A DNA stretch of 64,000 bases from Thermodesulfobacteriota bacterium (GTDB taxonomy: Bacteria; Desulfobacterota; Desulfobulbia; Desulfobulbales; JBFMBH01): NCBI GenBank assembly GCA_040755095.1, contig JBFMBH010000006.1, forward strand, positions 1,290 through 65,289, in the 5' to 3' direction. Each line of letters begins with the position of its first letter. Position 1 is the first letter of the stretch. Position numbers and translations under genes: made by a program. Shown one piece after another: positions 45,940 to 53,693 of the stretch. The notes beneath the pieces were generated by a model, which was not told where the DNA came from, searched no databases, and saw nothing but the letters and a program-made list of their open reading frames with translations.

Positions 45940-46926
45940 TCAGGCCACCGGCAGCCAGCCGCGCTCCCGGCAAGCGGCGAGCACCAGCTCGCCCAGCGCT
46001 GCAATGAAGCCGGGCCGCACGTTCAGGGACTCGGTGCGCACCAGGCGCATCCCGAGGCCGTGGGCCAGCTGGCGGTACTGGATATCGATCTCGTGCAGGG
46101 TCTCGATGTGGTCCGAGACAAAGCTGACCGGCACCACCACCACGGTGCGGCAGCCGCCGGCGGCCAGCTGCCGCAGGCTGTCCGGGGTGGAGGGGGCGAG
46201 CCAGCGCACCGGGCCGCTCCGGCTCTGGAAGGCCAGTTGCCCGGGCCGGCCGGTCAGCTCCTCCACCGCGGCGATGGTGGCCCGGATCTGATCGAGATAG
46301 GGATCGCCCTCCTCGATCAGGGCGGCGGGCAGGGAGTGGGCGCTGTACAGAACCGCCGCCGCCGGGTCGGCCGCTGCCTGCCAGGCGGCGGCGATCACCG
46401 CCGCCAGCTCCCGGATGTAGCCCGCCTGGGTGGGCCATTCCCGCACCACCGCCAGCTCCAGATCAGGCACCCCCACTTGCAGCTGGCGGGCCAGCTCGCT
46501 CAAGGAGGAGCCGGTGGTGGCCCGGGAGAAGTGGGGGTAGAGGGTGAGCGCCACCAGCCGCCGGATGCCGGCCGCCTGCACCTGGGCCAGGCAGGCGCCG
46601 GTCCGGGGATGCCAGTAGCGCATGCAGACGAAGGAGCGGAACGGGCCGCAGGGGGCCAGATGCTCCGCCAGGGCCTGCCCCTGGGCAGCGGTGATGCGGG
46701 CCAGGGGCGAGCCGCCGATCTCGGCGTAGTTGGCCCGGCTCTTGGGCGCCCGGCGCCAGGCGATCAAACGGGCGATGAGGGGCTGGAGCAGGGCCGGCCC
46801 CAGGCGGATGATCTCCCGGTCGGAAAAAAGGTTGACCAGAAAGGGCCGCACCTCCTCGCCCCGCTCCGGGCCGCCCAGATTGAGGAGCAGGATGGCGATG
46901 GCCTGGCTGCCGCTGGCTGGGGTCAC
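45940..46926 (-). CDS. hemH: Ferrochelatase (proto- or coproporphyrin type not resolved)
   Basis: ORF 45940..47451 trimmed to GTG 46926, 5 nt after the hemE stop. Motifs LLLNLGGP, MRYWHP, SAHSLP and VSFVSDHIETL. Confidence 0.85.
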   Translation of the reverse strand: MTPASGSQAIAILLLNLGGPERGEEVRPFLVNLFSDREIIRLGPALLQPLIARLIAWRRAPKSRANYAEIGGSPLARITAAQGQALAEHLAPCGPFRSFVCMRYWHPRTGACLAQVQAAGIRRLVALTLYPHFSRATTGSSLSELARQLQVGVPDLELAVVREWPTQAGYIRELAAVIAAAWQAAADPAAAVLYSAHSLPAALIEEGDPYLDQIRATIAAVEELTGRPGQLAFQSRSGPVRWLAPSTPDSLRQLAAGGCRTVVVVPVSFVSDHIETLHEIDIQYRQLAHGLGMRLVRTESLNVRPGFIAALGELVLAACRERGWLPVA

Positions 46927-46931
46927 GGCCG

Positions 46932-47966
46932 CTACCGCCGGCTCAGGCGATGGACGCAGGCCACCAGGAACTGGGCCTTTTCGGGCGGCGTTTCCGGCAG
47001 GATACCGTGGCCGAGGTTGAAGATGTGGCCGCGGGCCTGGCGGCCCTGGTCGAGGATCCGGGCCACCCTCTTTTCCAGCTCCGCCTCCGGCAGCAGGAGG
47101 GCGCAAGGGTCCAGATTGCCCTGGATCGCCACCCCCGGCCCCAGCCGCTCCAGGGCCTGGGCGATGTCGAGCCGCCAGTCGAGGCCCAGGACATCGGCGC
47201 CGCTGGTCTCGGACAGCTCCAGAAGGCTGGCGCCGTTGTTGGCGAAGTAGATGATCGGCACCGTCACCCCCTGGGCCCGGAGGTCGGCGATGATCCGCTT
47301 GACGTAGGGCAGGGCGTAGCGGGCGAAATCCTCCGGACCCAGCACCCCGACCCAGGAGTCGAAAATCTGCAGCGCCTGGGCACCGGCAGACACCTGGGCC
47401 GCCAGATACAGGGTGGTGCTGGCGGTGATCCGGTCCAGGAGGGCCGCCCACACCTCCGGGGCGGCGTACATCAGGCGCTTGGTCTCAAAGAAGCTCTTGG
47501 ACGAGCCGCCCTCGATCACGTAGGTGGCCAGGGTGAAAGGCGCGCCGGCAAAACCGATGAGGGGCACCTTGGCGGCCAGCTCCCGCCGGAGGATGCGGAT
47601 GGCTTCCAGGACAAAGCCCAGGCGCTCCTCCGGGTCCGGCACCGACAGCCGCCCCACATCGGCCAGCGAGCGCACCACCGGTCCCAGGACCGGTCCCTTC
47701 TTCTCATGGAAGGCCAGCTCCATGCCCATGGCCTCGATGGGCACCAGGATGTCGGAAAAGAGGATCGCCGCATCGACGCCCAGGATGTCCACCGGCTGGA
47801 TCGTCACCTCGGCGGCCAGCTCCGGGGTCTTGCACAGTTCCAGGAAGGAAACCCGATCCCGGACTGTGTGGTAGGCGGGCAGATACCGCCCGGCCTGGCG
47901 CATGATCCAGATCGGCGTGTGGGAGACCGCCTCGCCGCGGCAGGCCCGCAGGAAGGTATCGTTCAT
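46932..47966 (-). CDS. hemE: Uroporphyrinogen decarboxylase
   Basis: Motif [23 protein letters not shown] upstream of ATG 47966. Confidence 0.93.
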   Translation of the reverse strand: MNDTFLRACRGEAVSHTPIWIMRQAGRYLPAYHTVRDRVSFLELCKTPELAAEVTIQPVDILGVDAAILFSDILVPIEAMGMELAFHEKKGPVLGPVVRSLADVGRLSVPDPEERLGFVLEAIRILRRELAAKVPLIGFAGAPFTLATYVIEGGSSKSFFETKRLMYAAPEVWAALLDRITASTTLYLAAQVSAGAQALQIFDSWVGVLGPEDFARYALPYVKRIIADLRAQGVTVPIIYFANNGASLLELSETSGADVLGLDWRLDIAQALERLGPGVAIQGNLDPCALLLPEAELEKRVARILDQGRQARGHIFNLGHGILPETPPEKAQFLVACVHRLSRR

Positions 47967-48011
47967 GACTCGCTCCTCTCCGGTAGGGGGCCGCAGCAGC
48001 CCCGGGGATCC

Positions 48012-49106
48012 CTAGCGGCCGGCGTCGCGGCCCGCCGCTTCCTGGGCCTTCACCAGCTTCAGGGGCAGATAGCCGCAAAACGGCTCCTCGGCCAGGTAGT
48101 CACCGCTCATGGCGTAGGCCCGGGCCCGGCAGCCGCCGCAGACATTGACAAACTCGCACGCCCCGCAGCGGCCCCGATAGGATTTGAAATCCCGCAGCTC
48201 CTGGAACAGGGACGAGGTCTCCCAGATCTCCTTGAAGGACTGCTCGCGGATGTTGCCCGCCGCCTTGGGGAAGTAGGAGCAGGGCAGCACATTGCCGTCC
48301 ACGTCAATGAGGCTGATGAGCTGGCCGGCCAGACAACCCTTGGCACCGCCGGTGGAGAACTTGAGGCTGCGGCGCTCGAGCTTCTCGCCCCGGGCCCGGG
48401 CCTCTTGCACCACCACCCGGTAGTAATGGGGGGCGCAGGTGGGCCGGACCAGCATCCCGGTCTCGTTCTTCTCCATCTCGTAATGCCAGCGCAACAGCTC
48501 CTCGTAGTCCTCCTTGGAGATGAGCTCGGAGAGGATCTCCTCGCCCCGGCCGGTGGGCACGATCATGAACATGTACCAGGCGGTGGCGCCCAGCTCCTTG
48601 GCCAGGCGGGCGACCTTGGGAATCTCGGCCTGGTTGCGCTTCGTGAAGGAGGAGTTGATGAGGAAGGGGATGCCGTGCTCCCGGAAGAGGCCGGCGGCCC
48701 GCACTGTGCCGTCGAAGGCGCCGGGCTGGCAGCGGAAGTCGTCGTGCACTGGCGCGCTGGCCCCGTCCAGGCTCAGGGACACCATCTTGATGTCCACTTC
48801 CTTGATACGGTCGCAGATCTCCGGCGTCACCAGGGTGCCATTGGTGGCCAGGCACATGCGCAAGCCTTTTTGGGTGCCGTAGCGGGCGATCTCGAAGACA
48901 TCCGGCCGCAGAAGCGGCTCGCCGCCGGAGAGCACCACCACCGGCTGGGCATAGGAGGCGATGTCGTCCAGGACCCGCCGGGCCTCCTCCAGGGAGAAAT
49001 CCGGGTGGCCCGCCACCTCCAGGGCCGAGGACGAGCGGCAGTGGACACACTTGAGGTTGCAGCGCCGGGTGATCTCCCAGGCGATCCACTTGGGCACAAA
49101 TTCCAC
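48012..49106 (-). CDS. Radical SAM/SPASM protein, AhbD/NirJ-like (putative heme-maturation enzyme)
   Basis: GTG start after [13 protein letters not shown] (CxxxCxxC). C-terminal auxiliary-cluster Cys motif [17 protein letters not shown]. Confidence 0.85.
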   Translation of the reverse strand: MEFVPKWIAWEITRRCNLKCVHCRSSSALEVAGHPDFSLEEARRVLDDIASYAQPVVVLSGGEPLLRPDVFEIARYGTQKGLRMCLATNGTLVTPEICDRIKEVDIKMVSLSLDGASAPVHDDFRCQPGAFDGTVRAAGLFREHGIPFLINSSFTKRNQAEIPKVARLAKELGATAWYMFMIVPTGRGEEILSELISKEDYEELLRWHYEMEKNETGMLVRPTCAPHYYRVVVQEARARGEKLERRSLKFSTGGAKGCLAGQLISLIDVDGNVLPCSYFPKAAGNIREQSFKEIWETSSLFQELRDFKSYRGRCGACEFVNVCGGCRARAYAMSGDYLAEEPFCGYLPLKLVKAQEAAGRDAGR

Positions 49107-49325
49107 AGGCAGCCTCCAAAGAAGGGCTTGTTACGGCCGGTGAAGGGATCGGGGCTATTTGCCACGGACCGGCCAGGCTGTCAACGAAGGACTGCCCCAG
49201 TTTGGCGGCAATTCCGGCCGGTGGCAAGACCATTCCACGGCCCTGGCCCCATGGCCTCGGCCCAGGGGGCGCTGGCGCCATCCTGGTCCCCCAGGTCGCA
49301 ACCGGCGGCCCCGGTTCTGACCCCA

Positions 49326-50660
49326 TCAGCCGTGGGCGCTGCCCTCGCCGCCCAGCATGGTGGCGATGATGGCGACCAGACGGCCGGCACTGAGGCCTGT
49401 CTCGCCGGGCAGGATCGCCGCCGGGGGATAGCGGCGGGCAAGGGTCAGGGCGGCTACCAGGTGCCGCCGGCCGGCCCGGAGGTTCCCCTGTTGGCAGCGC
49501 AGATTGCCCAGGGTGAAATGGGCCAGCAGATGCTCCGGGGCCAGGTAGAGACAACGCTCCAGGGCCTTGATCCCCTCGTGCGCCTGTCCCAGCTCCAGGG
49601 CAATGCCTGCGGCCAGGTAATGGGCCTCGGGATCGAGACGCTCCAGGGCCAGGGCCCGCTGGCACCAAGTGGCGGCGGCCGCAAGCTGCCCCTTCTTGGC
49701 GTGGCAGCGGGCCAGAAGCAGGCAGGCGGCCCGGTCTGCGGCCGGCGGCTCGGCCAGTCCCTCGGCGGCAGCCACCGGCCTCTCCGGTGGCGGTCCCGCT
49801 ACCGGAGAGGCCGGTCCCTGGGGGCGGAAGATCATCGGGCCATGGCCGGCCAGGGTAAAGAGCCCGGAGGCGAGAAAGAAGGGGGCGTCGGTGGGGCCGG
49901 CCACCAGCCAGCCCTCCGGAGCCAGGTTGGCGTGCAGCCTGGCCACCAGGGCTGCCGCCATCTCCGGCTCCCAGTACATGAGAAGATTGCGGCAGAAGAT
50001 CACATCCTGGTCCTGGCGAGCTGCCGCCTCGTCCGGCAGCGGCGCCTTGGCCAGGTTGCAGTGGCGGAAGGTCACCAGCCGCCGGAGACGGGGGACGATC
50101 TCCCAGCGCCCGTTGGCCAGGGGCCGGAAGAAGGTCTGCCGGCTCTCCTCGTCCAGGCCCCGGAAGGACCAGGGGCCATAGACCCCGCGGCTGGCGGTGG
50201 CCAGGGCTGCGGCGTTGATGTCGGTGCCCAGGACAGCCACCTGCCAGCCACCCAGCTCGGCCCGATAGCGATCCAGGACCATGGCCAGGGAATAGGCCTC
50301 CTCGCCGGTGCTGCAGGCGATGCTCCACAGGCGCAGCCGGCGGCGGCTACCCGCACGGGCGGCCAGCCGCTCCGGCAGGATCTTGTCGGTCAGGGTGGCA
50401 AACGACTTGGGCTCTCGGAAGAAGTAGGTCTCGCCCACCGTCAGACAGCCGGTCAGGGCCTCGGCCTCCTCCGGGGTGAGGAGGCCGCTCACGAGGCGGT
50501 GCACCAGCCGGTCGCTGTCGCCCTGCCGCAGGAGGTCAGCGGCCTGCACCAGCTGGCGGTCCAGCTCGTCCCAGCGCTCGGGCCGGAACAGGAGGCCCAG
50601 GCGGCTGGCCAGAATGCGACTCACCGTCGCCAGCTGAGAATCGGTTGCGTGTCGGGGCAT
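49326..50660 (-). CDS. cheR: CheR-type chemotaxis methyltransferase with C-terminal TPR region
   Basis: Motifs ETYFFREP, WSIACSTGEEAYSLAM and FCRNLLMY. The start is ATG 50660 or GTG 50690. Confidence 0.85.
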   Translation of the reverse strand: MPRHATDSQLATVSRILASRLGLLFRPERWDELDRQLVQAADLLRQGDSDRLVHRLVSGLLTPEEAEALTGCLTVGETYFFREPKSFATLTDKILPERLAARAGSRRRLRLWSIACSTGEEAYSLAMVLDRYRAELGGWQVAVLGTDINAAALATASRGVYGPWSFRGLDEESRQTFFRPLANGRWEIVPRLRRLVTFRHCNLAKAPLPDEAAARQDQDVIFCRNLLMYWEPEMAAALVARLHANLAPEGWLVAGPTDAPFFLASGLFTLAGHGPMIFRPQGPASPVAGPPPERPVAAAEGLAEPPAADRAACLLLARCHAKKGQLAAAATWCQRALALERLDPEAHYLAAGIALELGQAHEGIKALERCLYLAPEHLLAHFTLGNLRCQQGNLRAGRRHLVAALTLARRYPPAAILPGETGLSAGRLVAIIATMLGGEGSAHG

Positions 50661-50838
50661 GAGCAGTGCCGAGCCTGGAAGGCCGGCCACAAAGGACTGG
50701 ACGCCGAACGCGGCTCGTTGCTACACTGCGCTTCGCCGGCATCCAGGGCCGGCCACTGCCGGCCCTCGCCGGATTATCGCACAATGCCCCAGCGACAGAC
50801 AAGGCGTCCCCAGCCCTGCCGCTCCCCACCCAGCCGCC

Positions 50839-51141
50839 ATGACCCCGCACCCGGCCACCATCCATCTCGCCCTCCTGACCGTCGAGATCTTCATCCCCCA
50901 CTCCGGCTCCCTGAAGTCGAAGCGAAAGGTCACCTCCAGCCTCAAACGCCGGATCCGCAACGAGTGCAACGCCTCGGTGGCGGAGCTGGGGCTCCTGGAG
51001 GAATGGCAGCGCTCGCTCCTCGGAGTAGCGGTTCTGGGCAACGACCGCCGCCTGGTGGACGAGCAGATGAATCTGGTCCGGGGCCTGTTCGACGAGGAGA
51101 GCGAGATCGAGATCGTGGCCGCCCGCCTGGAGTGGTGCTAG
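50839..51141 (+). CDS. DUF503 (YlxP-like) protein
   Basis: ORF 50659..51141 trimmed to ATG 50839. LTVEIFIPHSGSLKSKRKVTSSLKRRIRNECNASVAE matches the recalled DUF503 pattern. Confidence 0.7.
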   Translation: MTPHPATIHLALLTVEIFIPHSGSLKSKRKVTSSLKRRIRNECNASVAELGLLEEWQRSLLGVAVLGNDRRLVDEQMNLVRGLFDEESEIEIVAARLEWC

Positions 51142-51143
51142 CC

Positions 51144-51737
51144 GTGAAGGCCTTCTGGCTGGCCTTCGTGCCCCTGTTCGTGGCCGTGGATGCCCTGGGG
51201 GTGCTGCCTTTGTACCTCGGCCTCACCGAGGACCTGGACCAGGCGGCGCGGCGGCGGATCATCAGCCAGTCGGTGGCCACGGCCACCGTGGTGGCCCTGA
51301 CCTTCCTGGTGGCCGGCACCTGGATCCTGCGCCTTCTGGGGCTCACCATCGCCGACTTCATGATCGCCGGCGGCTGCGTGCTGTTCGCCCTCTCCTTGCG
51401 GGATCTCCTCACCGCGGACAAGGCCTTGCGCCAAGTGGACCCGGACAGCCTGGGCGCGGTGCCCATCGGCGTGCCCCTCATCACCGGGCCAGCGGTCCTC
51501 ACCACCTCCCTTTTGGTCATGCACCAGCACGGCTTTGTCATCGCCGCCCTGGCGGTGGTGACCAACATCCTCATCGCCGGCATCACCTTTCTCTTCGCCG
51601 GCGCCATCCACCGGGTCCTGGGCCGAGCCGGCTCCAAGACCCTCTCCAAGATCGCGAGCCTCCTCCTGGCCGCCATCGCGGTCATGATGGTGCGACGGGG
51701 CCTGGTGGCCCTGGTCACCGGCAGCGGCAGCCCGTGA
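51144..51737 (+). CDS. MarC/UPF0056 family membrane protein
   Basis: GTG 51144 begins the only protein-like part (last 197 codons) of the 1595-aa shadow ORF 46950..51737. FVPLFVAVDALGVLPLYLGLT...PIGVPLITGPAVLTT. Confidence 0.75.
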   Translation: MKAFWLAFVPLFVAVDALGVLPLYLGLTEDLDQAARRRIISQSVATATVVALTFLVAGTWILRLLGLTIADFMIAGGCVLFALSLRDLLTADKALRQVDPDSLGAVPIGVPLITGPAVLTTSLLVMHQHGFVIAALAVVTNILIAGITFLFAGAIHRVLGRAGSKTLSKIASLLLAAIAVMMVRRGLVALVTGSGSP

Positions 51738-51822
51738 TGGACCATCTGGACAACATGGACGCCATGGACCGCCGGGCCGGGTCCATCACGTCCATGCTGT
51801 CCATGACGTCCATACCGTCCAC
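51737..51822. repeat. Intergenic imperfect palindrome built from 9-bp ATGGACnnn / GTCCATnnn periodic units
   Basis: Left arm: ATGGACCAT CTGGACAAC ATGGACGCC ATGGACCGC. Centre: CGGGCCGG. Right arm: GTCCATCAC GTCCATGCT GTCCATGAC GTCCATACC GTCCAC. It fills the whole gap between two convergent genes. Confidence 0.85.
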
Positions 51823-53007
51823 CTACACCCGGCAGATCAGCCCCTTGAGATAGCTGCCCTCCGGGAAGTGGAGGGTAAAGGGGTGGTCGGCCGGCTGGCC
51901 GAGGCGGGCCAGGACCTGGGGGTCCCGGCCGGCGTCCCGGGCCGCCTCGGCGACGATGGCCTCGAAGATCTCCGGGGAGACATGGCCGGAGCAGGAGAAG
52001 GTGACCAGGAGGCCGTCCGGCCGCAGGAGCTTCATGGCCAGCAGATTGATGTCCTTGTAGCCCCGGCTGGCAGCAGGCACCTGGCTCGCCGATTCAGCGA
52101 ACTTGGGGGGATCGAGGATGATGCAGTCAAAGAAGCGGCCCATGTCCCGGAAGCGGCGCAGGGCGACAAAGACATCCGCCTCCAGGCTCTCCAGCCGCTC
52201 GGCAGCAAAGCCGTTGTCCCGGGCATGGACGGCGGCCTGGGCCAAGGCAGCGGCCGAGGTCTCCAGGTTGGTGACCCGAGTGGCGCCGCCGGCCAGGGCA
52301 CTGATGCCGAAAGCGCCGGTGTAGGCGAAGGCGTTGAGCACCTCCCGGCCCGCCGCCAGGGCCGTCACCCGCGCCCGGTTGTCCCGCTGGTCGAGATAGA
52401 AGCCGGTCTTGTGGCCGGAGCGCACATCCACCTGGAAGCGGCAGGGGCCCTCGACGATGGGGATCCAAGCTGGCGGCTCCTCGCCGGCCAGGAGCCCCAC
52501 CCGGGGCGCCAACCCCTCCTTGGCCCGCACCCCGGCGTCGGAGCGCTCGAAGATCCCGGCCACCGGCACCAGCGCCCCCAGGGTGTCGACGATGGTCGCC
52601 CGCCACGCCTCGGGGCCGGCCGCCAGCAGCTGGCAGACCAGAAAATCGCCATAGCGGTCCACCACCAGGCCGGGCAGGCCATCGCCTTCCCCGTTGACCA
52701 GCCGATACGCCGTCGCGTCGTCCCGGCTGGCCAGATCCTGCCGGCGCGCCAGGCAGCGCGCCAGACGTCGCTGCCAGAAGGCGTCGTCGATGGCCTCCAC
52801 CGGGTCCAGGCTCCACAGCCGCACCAGGATCTGGGAAAGGGGGGAATAGGCCCCCCGGCCCAGGAGCCGGCCGTCTGCGGCCACCACCTTCACGGTGGCG
52901 CCGGCGGCGGGCTCCCCGTCCACCCGCGCCACAGCGCCGGAGAAGATCCAGGGATGGCGGCGCCGGACGCTCTTGTCCCGGCCTGGCTTCAGAACCACCT
53001 GTGCCAT
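51823..53007 (-). CDS. rlmI: Class I SAM-dependent rRNA methyltransferase, RlmI-like
   Basis: Trimmed to ATG 53007 (AGGAG SD). Motifs RRHPWIF, VLNAFAYTGAFG and ILDPPKF. Confidence 0.8.
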   Translation of the reverse strand: MAQVVLKPGRDKSVRRRHPWIFSGAVARVDGEPAAGATVKVVAADGRLLGRGAYSPLSQILVRLWSLDPVEAIDDAFWQRRLARCLARRQDLASRDDATAYRLVNGEGDGLPGLVVDRYGDFLVCQLLAAGPEAWRATIVDTLGALVPVAGIFERSDAGVRAKEGLAPRVGLLAGEEPPAWIPIVEGPCRFQVDVRSGHKTGFYLDQRDNRARVTALAAGREVLNAFAYTGAFGISALAGGATRVTNLETSAAALAQAAVHARDNGFAAERLESLEADVFVALRRFRDMGRFFDCIILDPPKFAESASQVPAASRGYKDINLLAMKLLRPDGLLVTFSCSGHVSPEIFEAIVAEAARDAGRDPQVLARLGQPADHPFTLHFPEGSYLKGLICRV

Positions 53008-53034
53008 GCGGCTTGCTCCTGTACGCAACGGATT

Positions 53035-53598
53035 CTAGCCCTGGCTGCCGCCAGGATCCGTGGTGCCCGGTCTGGAGGCGGCTCCGGCCGGGGGATGGGC
53101 GGCTCCCCGCCGGCGCCACAGCAGGGTGAGCAGAAGCAGGACCAGGGCGCCGGCGATGAGCCAGGCGTCCAGGCGACCGGAGGCGGCCAGGGCGCGGCTG
53201 ATCTGGGGCCAGCCCCGGCGGCCGGTCGCCCAGTAGACCTCCAGGGGCCAGAAGAAGGAGATCGGGATGCCGCTCCACAAAACGTCGGCGGCCAGATGGG
53301 AAAGGACCACCGCCACCGCTGCCACCGGATCGAGACTCGCCCTCCCGCTGGCCCGGCGCCACAGCCACGCCGTCCCCAGACCCAGGACCAGGGCAAAGAG
53401 CAGGGAGTGGGTGGGCCCCCGGTGGAAGGCCAGGGCGTTGTCCCGCAGCACCAGCCCAGCCAGGATGTCCACATCCGGCAGGTTGGCCAGGACCGCCACG
53501 GCGCCGGCAACAGCCCAGGACCAGGGCCGGCGCCGGAGCAGGCTTGCCAGCCGATAGGCCAGAAGGCCCACGGCCGCATGTCCGAGGGGCATGGGCAT
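53035..53598 (-). CDS. YdjM/DUF457-like membrane-bound metal-dependent hydrolase
   Basis: Motifs PLGHAAVG, LPDVD and HRGPTHS. Start at ATG 53598 or 53592. Confidence 0.7.
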   Translation of the reverse strand: MPMPLGHAAVGLLAYRLASLLRRRPWSWAVAGAVAVLANLPDVDILAGLVLRDNALAFHRGPTHSLLFALVLGLGTAWLWRRASGRASLDPVAAVAVVLSHLAADVLWSGIPISFFWPLEVYWATGRRGWPQISRALAASGRLDAWLIAGALVLLLLTLLWRRRGAAHPPAGAASRPGTTDPGGSQG

Positions 53599-53693
53599 GG
53601 GCGTCGCGTCATCCGGATGGTGGGGGGAATCCTTCCGGCATTGTACACTCTCTCCTGGCCGGCACCAAACCCTATCCCCGGCCACCCTTGACC

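Noticed and set aside
44794-47250. 818-aa plus-strand ORF
   Set aside because: Shadow running across the HD-GYP gene, hemH and hemE.
46950-51143. First ~1400 codons of the 1595-aa plus-strand ORF 46950..51737
   Set aside because: It runs antisense across hemE, the radical-SAM gene and cheR, and out of frame through DUF503. Only the last 197 codons (GTG 51144 onward, MarC-like) look like a protein.
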